Of a stretch of 64,000 nt of DNA, positions 52,709 through 61,477 are shown in pieces. Source of the DNA: Desulfatiglandales bacterium (GTDB taxonomy: Bacteria; Desulfobacterota; DSM-4660; Desulfatiglandales; HGW-15); the NCBI GenBank assembly GCA_963667015.2, contig CAXXJJ010000001.1, positions 2,112,001 to 2,176,000 of the forward strand, read 5' to 3'. The translations under genes and the position numbers were made by a program. A model generated the notes under the pieces. It was not told the origin of the DNA and did not search any database. It saw only the letters and a list, made by a program, of their open reading frames with translations. Numbering within the stretch: the first letter of the stretch is position 1; the number at the start of each line of letters is the position of its first letter.

Positions 52709-53272
52709 GTGTATGACAGTATGGGCGAATCCGCAGTGCTTCGTTTGAAAAATCTTCTTGCCAAACTGGATTCAATCAGGAGCAGCAGAGACCGGGGTTC
52801 AAAGGTGGCAGATGAATCTAATATGCTGTTCCATAAATTTATGGAACAGGTGGAAAATATCTTCAAAAACCTGCCCAAGTCATTGAAATGGCGATTATTT
52901 TACGAAAATGACCTTCAGATTTTAATGGACACCTCAGAGACGAGGAAATGCAGGCTAAAGTTTTTTAGTCTGAAGACTTTTAGGTTTTACTGCTTCTCCT
53001 TCAGTCTTCAGCCTGCTATGCTTCAGTCTGTTTAAAATGCAGACTGGAGAGATTTTCAGGGAAGACCGGCAAAAGAAGAGACATGGGAAAACTTCATTTT
53101 GATAGATGATTATCTGAGTGCTCTTAAAAAAGGGGGATGGAAGATGACACATATGATACAGTCGCCCATGTCATCGGAGCGTTTCAATGCGGGAGTTGTA
53201 TCTGCCATGCAGAAAAAGGAAATACTGGGTGTTACGAGCAGGTATGTGTTAGTGGCTAAAAAGACAGACTGA
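52709..53272 (+). pseudogene. Degraded gene fragment, possibly DNA-methyltransferase-associated
   Basis: Frame continues past TAA 53033-53035 as NADWRDFQGRP...ILGVTSRYVLVAKKTD*; identity uncertain. Confidence 0.3.
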
Positions 53273-53341
53273 CCGATGCTAAATAATTTCAACCTTATAA
53301 CCTGACAACGTCCCCATTTAGTACATTATTATTCTTTATCA

Positions 53342-54193
53342 TCAGGCAGCCAGTGTTTCAATCAGCTTTAAACAGTTACCTTCTTTTAAATATGCTGCAT
53401 GTTCATTGACATTTTTAAACTGCCTTTGAGTAATTTCGGAACATTCGAACCTGTGGTCAGTTATTTTCAAAAATGCTGTTATGAGGTCATCAGCTTTATT
53501 ATTAAATGTTTTATCCTTCATGAGGTTAGCATGCGGCCGTTCCTGAAGAATTCTCAATCCGTTTATCCATATGGCGGTTCCAAGCGCTCCGCAGGCTCCG
53601 CCGCATAATCCTATACCGCCTGCCAGTCCGGAAGCCATGACCGCGTGCAGCTCAGAAACTCCCATCTGTCGGGCTAATAGAGATGTGCAGCTCAAGGGAA
53701 GCCCGGTTTTTTCAAATTGTGGTGTATCGGAAAAACTGTGCTCCACAACATGAAATGCATCCCGGATATATTTACACACCCTTAGCATGCAACGCAGTCC
53801 CCCGGCCTTTAGAATAAAATAAACAGCTATTTCCAGTGCCCCTGAATTTCTGTCAATTGAAGTAATATCAGCACAATTAATACTGTTATTCTGCCTGCGG
53901 AAAGTATTTACCAGGTTTTGCCCTGCGGCAATCGCCATGCTTTCGGCTTTCGAACCTGATCCATTCATTCGAAATGACCGGGCTCCGGCTGCCAGGACCG
54001 CTCCCCAGAGGGTTCCGCATTGATAACCATGATGCATGATGCCGCCGGCAAGCGGTACAACAGCCAGCTCTTCAAGCTCCAGCGGATGATCATAAACCCT
54101 GTTGAGACCTCTCAACAAAGCTCCTGATCAGGCAAATTTAAATAGATTGCCGGCTGCTTTTAAAGAAGAAGGTTTTCTTCCTGATTTATCCAT
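53342..54193 (-). CDS. C-GCAxxG-C-C family (seleno)protein, two domains, with Sec (UGA) at codon 22
   Basis: RBS AGGGG and ATG 54193; in-frame TGA 54130-54128 at the family's first-Cys position (AUSGAL vs SCTSLL in the second domain); GYQCGTLWGA, GGACGALG; SECIS-like hairpin follows. Confidence 0.8.
54095..54122 (-). promoter_or_regulatory. Bacterial SECIS-like hairpin
   Basis: AGCUUUGUUGAG-AGGU-CUCAACAGGGUU starts about 6 nt after the UGA, with G in the apical loop. Confidence 0.7.
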
Positions 54194-54280
54194 GCTGACT
54201 TTCCCCTGTATTACAGCGACTTGCTTATTTTATCGGGTATTCCTGAGAGTTGAGAGGGACGATGTGAGAGTTGAGAGTTG

Positions 54281-55374
54281 AGAGGGACGATGTTTAATAT
54301 TTCAATAACCTATGATATAAGCTTGTAAGCGCCATCTTTTGCTATTCTTTCACCCCGCTCTACAGAAATACTAATGTTACCTTTACTTAACTCAAATTTC
54401 TTTGCCAATATTGTATGAGAGATACCCAACTCTCTGGAAGCCCAGTAACATAAAAGACTCCTTGCTTTCACTTTCCGGATTTGACTACCCTTAGAAAGAA
54501 CCTCATCCTTGTCCATATCCAATACTTCAGCAACTCTATCTGTTATCCGGTCCAGATCATACCCTTTTCGTTTTAGCATGTATTTTCTTTCATATTCTTC
54601 TTCAGACTGTGAGATTATTGAATCCACAAAATCAGAATCACCAAGAATCCTTTCATCCCCCATTATTTTTACACCGGACTTAAACACTTCTTTTGCTTCA
54701 GTCCATCCACCAAGGCTTCTTATCAGTCCTCCTCCTGTTAATTCAGGTTTACATCCTTCCTTAATTCCTTTTTTAATAAATGAGATATATTCTTTTTGGG
54801 CGGCCTTCTTGTTTTTATCAAAATATCCAAGGATATAGTTTGTATCCTGCCACTCATACTCACCTTTACTCATCATATTTTTATGACCGCAATATTTATA
54901 GTTTTTTAATTCAGTAAAAGTGTTAACAATTCCTGCACGAATTGGGTTAAGGTGAATATACCTTACAAGTTCAAGGAGATATGTATCTTCCTGACATATG
55001 ATTGATTTATATCGATTCTGAAACAACTGCCCCTGTCGTTTGTGTCTACGGTTAAAAGAAATTACATATCCGGTGAGTAGTCTTCTCATTAATTTGGAGA
55101 GGGGTACATTTCCTGTTCGGAAAAGAAAATGGGCGTGATTGGACATAAAAGCCCATGCATAGCAGGTTATGTGCATTTGGGGACATAATTTTTCCAGTCG
55201 GTCAATAAAGTCATTACGGTCTTTATTGCTCCAAAATATCTTTTTACCTTCAATACCCCTGATCATTACATGATGCAATACTCCGGGGGCGTCTAGTCTT
55301 GCTGTTCTTGGCATCTAATGAAAATATTAAAATTTAAAGACGCTGTCAATTAAAATATTAAACATCGTCCCTCT
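54281..55374 (-). mobile_element. HUH/Y1 (RAYT-like) transposase element bounded by 22-bp perfect inverted repeats
   Basis: AGAGGGACGATGTTTAATATTT (54281-54302) and its reverse complement (55353-55374). Confidence 0.8.
54310..55314 (-). CDS. Y1 HUH transposase (REP-associated type) with C-terminal DnaA_C-like HTH
   Basis: MPRTARL, HHVMIRG, MSNHAH (HUH), GQLFQNRYKS, YIHLNP; ARSLLCYWA. Confidence 0.92.
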   Translation of the reverse strand: MPRTARLDAPGVLHHVMIRGIEGKKIFWSNKDRNDFIDRLEKLCPQMHITCYAWAFMSNHAHFLFRTGNVPLSKLMRRLLTGYVISFNRRHKRQGQLFQNRYKSIICQEDTYLLELVRYIHLNPIRAGIVNTFTELKNYKYCGHKNMMSKGEYEWQDTNYILGYFDKNKKAAQKEYISFIKKGIKEGCKPELTGGGLIRSLGGWTEAKEVFKSGVKIMGDERILGDSDFVDSIISQSEEEYERKYMLKRKGYDLDRITDRVAEVLDMDKDEVLSKGSQIRKVKARSLLCYWASRELGISHTILAKKFELSKGNISISVERGERIAKDGAYKLIS

Positions 55375-55452
55375 TTATTTGCCATTTCCACATACTTTTA
55401 AAGACCAATTTGGCAAGATAGTAAGCACGTCGTGTTGAATTTATTGTTATGA
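55375..55452 (-). other. Truncated attC (left arm only)
   Basis: R'' TCATAAC follows the stop; cut by the transposase IR, with no L'/R' found on the far side. Confidence 0.65.
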
Positions 55453-55456
55453 AAAA

Positions 55457-55723
55457 TTACTTGCCAGTTACCATATAGTAAATGAAGAATAAAACAAAAC
55501 CGATTAAAAATAATATAGAAGTTGTACCACACCATTTTTTGAATGGACCATTTTCTTTTAAAGTAAAATAATAATAGGTTGTTGTTATAGGTCCGAATAG
55601 TAAAATTAAAACACCTTTGATGATACTGCTTTTGAATCCATGAAACAAAGCTAACAATGCAGCGATTAACCATGCTGCACTGAATGCTGTAGCAACTATT
55701 TTAATAATTTCCATATAAATCAC
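55457..55723 (-). CDS. Cassette: small membrane protein
   Basis: Three hydrophobic segments; RBS GGGAG. Confidence 0.75.
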   Translation of the reverse strand: MIYMEIIKIVATAFSAAWLIAALLALFHGFKSSIIKGVLILLFGPITTTYYYFTLKENGPFKKWCGTTSILFLIGFVLFFIYYMVTGK

Positions 55724-55743
55724 TATCTCCCTTTAATTCGATT

Positions 55744-55810
55744 TCATAACGCGCTGCATAAGCGGTTTGGCAAGTTTTTCGCCAAATCCGACTTGATGCT
55801 GATGTTAGCG
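55744..55810 (-). other. attC site
   Basis: R'' CGCTAAC ... R' GTTATGA with imperfect hairpin; near-identical to 57955-58021. Confidence 0.9.
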
Positions 55811-56353
55811 ATTTATTGATTTTAGATAATTACATAAATTGTTTGCTGTAATTATATATTGTTCGGTACTTGTATTTGATATTTCTATTTCTGATGCATG
55901 AACTGCGTCATTTCTAAGTGCACGAAGGTCATGCAATAAAACTGCTATGGGGCCACTTATGATTTCTGCTTTTCGAAACTGGTCTATAAACCTTTTTATA
56001 TTTCCCTGCTTTATATCTTGTAGATTCATTCGTTTTGCGGCTTCTTTTAATTCATATTCCACTGAACGCCATGCTTCCATTATAGCCGCACGGGGTGATA
56101 TATCTGCTATTTCCCTTAAAGCAGTAATAGGAACTATAGTGTGCTCGATAAGCTTTTCAGATTCTAAAGGCAAGATGGCTTCAGCGCGTTTTTCCAATTC
56201 TCCGAACTCTAAGTTTAAGTCCTTATATTGGAATTTTTTAATTTGGGGTAGTAATTTCCCTAAAGGTTTTCTCAGGATTATTACCGCAATTATTACAGTT
56301 AATGGCCACGCTAAGTTTCCTATAAGGCTAGATATAAATGTGAGCCAGTCCAT
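55805..56353 (-). CDS. Cassette: N-terminal TM plus HEPN/DUF4145-like domain
   Basis: LAWPL TM segment, SPRAAIMEAW, LRNDAVH (R-x4-H). Confidence 0.75.
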   Translation of the reverse strand: MDWLTFISSLIGNLAWPLTVIIAVIILRKPLGKLLPQIKKFQYKDLNLEFGELEKRAEAILPLESEKLIEHTIVPITALREIADISPRAAIMEAWRSVEYELKEAAKRMNLQDIKQGNIKRFIDQFRKAEIISGPIAVLLHDLRALRNDAVHASEIEISNTSTEQYIITANNLCNYLKSINR

Positions 56354-56372
56354 ATTCCCTCTTCTATTTAAT

Positions 56373-56499
56373 CGCTAACGATTAACTAACGAGCACGCGG
56401 TGCGCACCACTATAATATATTTATAAGAATGAATGCCGATAACCTTTAATGGCTGATTCGGCGAGATAGTAGCGCGTCACGTTGAGTGCCATGTTAGCT
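56373..56499 (-). other. attC site
   Basis: R'' AGCTAAC ... R' GTTAGCG. Confidence 0.85.
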
Positions 56500-57113
56500 C
56501 ATATAACTTTTGATTTTATTATACCTTTGCTTTTCAAATATTTCCTCTCGAATCGCTTTAGCAACTGTGACAATGTTGATATATTTTTCGAATGGGCTAA
56601 AATCAATGGCGACTTTAGCTCTATAATTAAAGGTGGATCATTTTTGCCTTCAAATATTTTTATCAGATCTTCCATAGATGTTATGGATTCGATTAACTCG
56701 GCATCACTGTCTTTAAAATGTGCTAAACGATTACGCAATTCTATGGATCTCTTAATTTCTGGCAACAATTCTTGATACTTGGTTTTTAAAGTTTCAACAC
56801 TAAGACTGAAAATAAGCCTTAATTTATCTAAAAGAGAAGCTCGTTTTAAAAGCTCCCAGGTTATTTTCCCATACTCGTTATCATGGGATTCATTTTTGAC
56901 TACTTCTCTGAGAATACGATTGGTAAGTGCTTCAATATAGAAAATACCAAAAATGAAAATATTTATACCTGCTTTTAAATTTTCTGGAGACCTTGATATT
57001 GAGCGACGTGCATTAGAAAATATCTGGCTATAAAAATTATCTAATCTCGCATTTTCAAATAGACTTGTGATTTGCCCATTTTCAAAACCCAGTTTTAAAG
57101 TTCCATCACGCAT
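56499..57113 (-). CDS. Cassette: HEPN-motif hypothetical protein
   Basis: YIEALTN and LRNRLAH (R-x4-H). Confidence 0.72.
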   Translation of the reverse strand: MRDGTLKLGFENGQITSLFENARLDNFYSQIFSNARRSISRSPENLKAGINIFIFGIFYIEALTNRILREVVKNESHDNEYGKITWELLKRASLLDKLRLIFSLSVETLKTKYQELLPEIKRSIELRNRLAHFKDSDAELIESITSMEDLIKIFEGKNDPPLIIELKSPLILAHSKNISTLSQLLKRFERKYLKSKGIIKSKVI

Positions 57114-57140
57114 AGTATACCTACTGATACCTTATAAAAG

Positions 57141-57274
57141 AGCTAACGAAAAGCATTACAGGCCGTGCGGTGCACACCAACTTACCTTTTTAAAGGTGCG
57201 ATGATACTGAGTTGGCAGATAGTTTAAAAAAGGCGAAAAAAATAGCACGGTCCTTGTAGATGCAATGGTTGGCT
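57141..57274 (-). other. attC site
   Basis: R'' AGCCAAC ... R' GTTAGCT; near-identical to 60574-60706. Confidence 0.88.
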
Positions 57275-57544
57275 GCCGCCAACCTGTTTATTTTGTTTTT
57301 GACTGCTTACTTTCAATTACTGTTTTTTAAAGATTTGATGCTTTTTGAATACTATGTTTTTTGATTCTTCTTTTTATATTGTTCTGAATTATTTTTCAAA
57401 GGAATTTCCGGGGAATGGATTTCCTTTGTTTTTTGTTACCTTTTTATTTCCAGATCAATTCTCGCGCCCTTGAGTTACATGTTATTAATAACTGCCTTTC
57501 TACTGCCACGATATTTTGTTTTTATCATTTCCCAGCACGCCAAC
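57275..57544 (-). other. ORF-less cassette body, copy A
   Basis: Starts GTTGGCG; no conserved ORF on the cassette strand; very A-rich; repeated at 60707-60983. Confidence 0.8.
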
Positions 57545-57667
57545 GTTTGCGATAAGGAGTTGGCGGGTTAATGGTGCCGATGGTCGATAAAGTATGAAGA
57601 CCATTGATGCTACTGAATTTCAATCGGCAAGAAAAACCAGCCAATCACCTTGATTGCAGGGTTAGAA
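57538..57667 (-). other. attC site
   Basis: R'' TTCTAAC ... R' GTTGGCG. Confidence 0.85.
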
Positions 57668-57713
57668 AGTTTTGGGTCTGTGTCTTGATAAAATATTACC
57701 AAAACGCTTTTTA

Positions 57714-57944
57714 TTAATGTTTGTAGATAAAAAACATGAAAAACAAAATAAAGCTAATAAAAATTTCCATTAAACCAAAAATGATAAAGTTAATTCCGTG
57801 ATTGCGATTTGTACCAGAAGTATGAATATGCCAAAATTGAAAACGCTCAGGCTCTTCTTTATACTTTTTCCATCCGGCACAAATTAAATATATGCCAGCT
57901 AAAAAACAAATTAAGACTATTGATATGAATAACACATATTTCAT
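57714..57944 (-). CDS. Cassette: small two-TM protein
   Basis: Two hydrophobic helices; fills the cassette. Confidence 0.65.
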   Translation of the reverse strand: MKYVLFISIVLICFLAGIYLICAGWKKYKEEPERFQFWHIHTSGTNRNHGINFIIFGLMEIFISFILFFMFFIYKH

Positions 57945-57954
57945 ATTTGTGACT

Positions 57955-58021
57955 TTCTAACGCGCTGCATAAGCGGATTGGCAAGCTTTTCGCCAATTCC
58001 GACTTAATGCTGATGTTAGTG
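57955..58021 (-). other. attC site
   Basis: R'' CACTAAC ... R' GTTAGAA. Confidence 0.9.
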
Positions 58022-58603
58022 ATTAATAATTTCGATACATTCAAATGGATGAGTTATTGCAATTAGATGTCCACCATTTTTTATTTTATTACAATTACTA
58101 GGACAGAATATTACTCTGTCTTTTTCTCCATGCACTCTTTTTATAATAGATGAATCACCATTGAACCCTTGCCAATTTTTTATTGCATGACACATAGCTC
58201 TTATAAAATCGGTATCAGATAGACTGAACATCTCTAATACCTCATTATGATATTTGCCTGCAATGGCTTGAATAAGCTTTAATGGTGTTACATCACTAAG
58301 AGGGGTTAATAACCGGAGTAATGGATTTACCTCCGATTTTGAAATAGCACTACCGAATAAATACACTTTTTTTAATTTAAGTTTATTTGCTATTTCTAAC
58401 GCAACCATGCCTCCAAGTGAAGAACCAGCAATAACGTCAGTATGAGATATTAAATTTTCATTAATGACTTTTTCTGCAACTTCAGCAAGACTTTTTTCAC
58501 CCTGATACTTTGGCCAATCCAAATATTTCATATTTGGCAAATCAAGCCATGGACCAGAATACATATTTGAATTTGCACCCATTCCGGGAAGTGTATATAT
58601 CAT
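58016..58603 (-). CDS. Cassette: alpha/beta hydrolase
   Basis: LPGMGA, GSSLGG, HGEKD, GGH triad motifs. Confidence 0.88.
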   Translation of the reverse strand: MIYTLPGMGANSNMYSGPWLDLPNMKYLDWPKYQGEKSLAEVAEKVINENLISHTDVIAGSSLGGMVALEIANKLKLKKVYLFGSAISKSEVNPLLRLLTPLSDVTPLKLIQAIAGKYHNEVLEMFSLSDTDFIRAMCHAIKNWQGFNGDSSIIKRVHGEKDRVIFCPSNCNKIKNGGHLIAITHPFECIEIINH

Positions 58604-58613
58604 TGTCTTTGAT

Positions 58614-58698
58614 CACTAACGGCCAGCTTACCAGCCCCGCCGTGATTTCCGCAACTAGCAAGGAACCCTCCGGGGTCTGGTAGAGCGACATGTTAAGT
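58614..58698 (-). other. attC site
   Basis: R'' ACTTAAC ... R' GTTAGTG; near-identical to 59120-59204. Confidence 0.88.
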
Positions 58699-59100
58699 GT
58701 TTACTTGTGCACCATCCCACATTGATAATAATCGGTTTGATTCAGTTTTTGGCATTTTCCCTATTCCATGAAGATACCACACTATAAATGTACCGAATAA
58801 TTTAAGTGCATCCAATGCTGTACCATTTATAGAAATATTATTTTTTGCAGATATTTCATAACAAATATTTACTGGGTTGGCTCGTTCGTTTACTGGTTCA
58901 CGTGGAGCCTTTGAGTATATATTAAAAGGTAAATTTGCTCCATTTGCAGCATATAAAATTGGTCCGATTGATTCAATTTGCATGATTGATAGTTCAATGG
59001 ATATATTAATTTCATCAATTGCAGTTGTGACAACATTCACGCCAGGTAACATTTTCAACACAGTACTTAATTCTTTAATTGTATTCTGTATATTATCCAT
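58693..59100 (-). CDS. Cassette: hypothetical protein
   Basis: ORF fills the cassette; stop lies inside R''. Confidence 0.75.
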   Translation of the reverse strand: MDNIQNTIKELSTVLKMLPGVNVVTTAIDEINISIELSIMQIESIGPILYAANGANLPFNIYSKAPREPVNERANPVNICYEISAKNNISINGTALDALKLFGTFIVWYLHGIGKMPKTESNRLLSMWDGAQVNT

Positions 59101-59119
59101 ATGGTAACTTTATTGGGAC

Positions 59120-59204
59120 ACTTAACGACTAGCTTACCAGCCCCGCCGTGATTTCAACAACAAGCAAGGAACCCTCCGGGGTCTGGTAGAGCGACAGGTT
59201 ATGA
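59120..59204 (-). other. attC site
   Basis: R'' TCATAAC ... R' GTTAAGT. Confidence 0.88.
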
Positions 59205-59205
59205 C

Positions 59206-59517
59206 TTAATCATCTTTTGATTCATAGGTATATAATTCATCCCATATGATTCCATCACTATTACTTGCTTCTTTGGCTAAAGAATCATATTTACTTTGTT
59301 CCTCTTCGGTATCCCAAGGGACTTCATCATATTCAGATACAAATTCAACTCGAGTTATTTTGAAACCTTCTTCTTCAATTGCATTTTTTATTTTTGGGAT
59401 GGCTTCAAGTACACCTTCGGCCTTGAAGAATAAATATACGAAGCCCCCAATACAATTTTCATACGCTGGTGGATCTAAGATATCAAATTCAACACTTGTC
59501 CAGTATATATTACTCAT
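59206..59517 (-). CDS. Cassette: acidic hypothetical protein
   Basis: RBS GAGG; ORF fills the cassette. Confidence 0.75.
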   Translation of the reverse strand: MSNIYWTSVEFDILDPPAYENCIGGFVYLFFKAEGVLEAIPKIKNAIEEEGFKITRVEFVSEYDEVPWDTEEEQSKYDSLAKEASNSDGIIWDELYTYESKDD

Positions 59518-59526
59518 ACTTCCTCG

Positions 59527-59657
59527 TCATAACGTGTGCATTACAAGCCGGGCGGTGCAAACCAACTTACCATATTTAATATACAAAGATTTATAGTTGG
59601 TGGAGATTTTAAAAAAGCGTAAAAAAAGCCCGGTCTTAGTAAATGCAATGGTTCTGC
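59527..59657 (-). other. attC site
   Basis: R'' GCAGAAC ... R' GTTATGA; related to the 57141/60574 family. Confidence 0.85.
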
Positions 59658-59665
59658 ATCTCCTA

Positions 59666-60004
59666 TTATAATTTTCTTGAGTATATGTAACTTATAACTG
59701 CTGGCACCAAAACAATCATTGGTGCACATGCAACTAATATTATCCTGAGTTCATTGTTTTTCAAAGGTAGGAAAAATGTTATTACACCAAAAATAATAAG
59801 CGGAACGGACCATATGATAAGTTGTTTTCCGCCGTAGGCATTGATTTTATACCAATTCTCTTCCGACTCAAAAGATTTCTTAAATCGAATCCCAAATATT
59901 TGATTCATTGAGATACTTTTCTGAACTAAAGGTATGCTAATAATAATCATTAAAATTCCAACGAAAATATTACTGATACCCAAAATGATATTAACCATAT
60001 CCAT
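59666..60004 (-). CDS. Cassette: SdpI-family membrane (immunity-like) protein
   Basis: MNQIFGIR...SFESEENWYKINAYGG motif with TM segments. Confidence 0.8.
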   Translation of the reverse strand: MDMVNIILGISNIFVGILMIIISIPLVQKSISMNQIFGIRFKKSFESEENWYKINAYGGKQLIIWSVPLIIFGVITFFLPLKNNELRIILVACAPMIVLVPAVISYIYSRKL

Positions 60005-60018
60005 TGTCTATTCCTCCT

Positions 60019-60084
60019 GCAGAACGCCGAAAATAACCGGCCGGCGAGCTTTTCCGCCGGTCGGCGTTAATTTTATTGTTAAGC
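60019..60084 (-). other. attC site
   Basis: R'' GCTTAAC ... R' GTTCTGC. Confidence 0.88.
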
Positions 60085-60567
60085 GATGTTGTTTTTAAAT
60101 TCTGTTTCTAAAGTTTTTATACGATCAATTAAATAAGTAAGTACAGTATTACAAAGGAGAAGCATTTTCTCAATTAATGCGTCGATATTGTCATACAAAT
60201 GAGATGATTTCTGGACAATTGGAAATATGTCTTGCTTTGTCCAATAATGCAGTCTTGGATTATATGCCGTTATATCACTATGTGCTATACGTTGATCACG
60301 CTCAGCTATCAAGGCGTCATGATCAGTGTTCCCATTAGGGTAAATAGATTCTTTCTGCAAAGGCTTAAAATGTTTTTGATAAATCCCTCTGCTTCCAGTG
60401 AAAGGTCTAGCATATTCGATGATACAATATTTTACTAATACCGACTTTAACGTTCCGTCTTTTTCTGACTTGGCACGATCAAGTAAAGTGATAGCATTTG
60501 TAATATCTCCATGTGCTAGCCTCATGCTTACATATTCTTCTTCTATCTGTGATTCCATATTCTCCAT
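60079..60567 (-). CDS. Cassette: HEPN-motif hypothetical protein
   Basis: IIEYARPF and ERDQRIAHSD (R-x5-H). Confidence 0.72.
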   Translation of the reverse strand: MENMESQIEEEYVSMRLAHGDITNAITLLDRAKSEKDGTLKSVLVKYCIIEYARPFTGSRGIYQKHFKPLQKESIYPNGNTDHDALIAERDQRIAHSDITAYNPRLHYWTKQDIFPIVQKSSHLYDNIDALIEKMLLLCNTVLTYLIDRIKTLETEFKNNIA

Positions 60568-60573
60568 TTATGC

Positions 60574-60706
60574 GCTTAACGAAAAGCATTACAGGCAGTG
60601 CGGTGCACACCAACTTACAATGTTAAAGGTGCGTGGATACTGAATTGCCAGATAGTTTAAAAAAGGCGAAAAAATAGCACGGTCCTTGCAGATGCAATGG
60701 TTGGCT
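60574..60706 (-). other. attC site
   Basis: R'' AGCCAAC ... R' GTTAAGC. Confidence 0.88.
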
Positions 60707-60983
60707 GCCGCCAACCTGTTTAGTTTGTTTTTGACTGCTTACTTTCAATCACTGACTTTTAAAGACTTGATGCTTTTTGAAAACTATGTTTTTTGATTCT
60801 TCTTTTTATATTGTTCTGAATTATTTTTCAAAAAAATTTCCGGGGAATGGATTTCCTTTGTTTTTTGTTACCTTTTTATTTCCAGATCAAGATCAATTCT
60901 CGCGCCCTTGAGTTACATGTTATTGGCAACTTCATTTCCGCTTCCCCTGTAATTATTTTCTTCCTTCTTTCAAGCACGCCAAC
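60707..60983 (-). other. ORF-less cassette body, copy B
   Basis: Near-identical to copy A apart from a divergent ~45-nt segment and a GATCAA duplication. Confidence 0.8.
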
Positions 60984-61034
60984 GCCCAGTTTAACCGGCG
61001 GGCGTAGCCCGTCCTGTTGAAACTGATGTTAGTG
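60977..61034 (-). other. attC site (short)
   Basis: R'' CACTAAC ... R' GTTGGCG. Confidence 0.88.
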
Positions 61035-61382
61035 TGATTTTTCTATTGTATATTCGCTAACTTTGCCCTTTGTGTTGCGAACAACTATTTTGTCAGTGGA
61101 TTTGGATACAAGTGTTAGTTTCTCTGCTTGACCGATACAGAGAATTCCATCTACGATTTCCCAATATATGATATTCGATGTTGCCCAACCTTCCTTTTCT
61201 GAACTCCATGAAATGAGTACATCTCCTTCCATAAATTCATAGGAAGATTGTTTATCACCATCATCTTTACTCATGGTCAAGCCAATAACGTCTTCCGCCT
61301 TCCACTCTATTGATGTAGATTGCCTATTGGTGCAGCATGAAATTGATAGCGTTAAAAATAATGCTATTAATATACGAATCAA
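61029..61382 (-). CDS. Cassette: small lipoprotein
   Basis: TTG start with GAGG RBS; lipobox-like SISCC. Confidence 0.72.
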   Translation of the reverse strand: MIRILIALFLTLSISCCTNRQSTSIEWKAEDVIGLTMSKDDGDKQSSYEFMEGDVLISWSSEKEGWATSNIIYWEIVDGILCIGQAEKLTLVSKSTDKIVVRNTKGKVSEYTIEKSH

Positions 61383-61408
61383 ATTATTACCTCGCTATGC
61401 CCCATAAA

Positions 61409-61474
61409 CACTAACGGGTTGATAACCAGCCTGGCGAGCTTTTTGCTAGGTCTGAGTTTATTAAATTGTTGTGC
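61409..61474 (-). other. attC site
   Basis: R'' GCACAAC ... R' GTTAGTG. Confidence 0.85.
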
Positions 61475-61477
61475 TCT

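Noticed and set aside
54310..55314. IS605-type element with TnpB
   Set aside because: No tnpB ORF; the transposase is the longer RAYT-like type
57260..57364. 34-aa hydrophobic + strand ORF (MQWLAAANLF...) in both ORF-less cassettes (also 60692-60796) as a type I toxin
   Set aside because: It starts inside the attC without a clear RBS, T-rich DNA yields hydrophobic codons by chance, and most differences between copies are non-synonymous; not fully excluded
55744..61474. Recurring repeats separated by unique sequence as a possible CRISPR array
   Set aside because: Repeats are about 58-134 bp with attC R''/R' boxes, and the intervals are gene-sized; no cas genes are present
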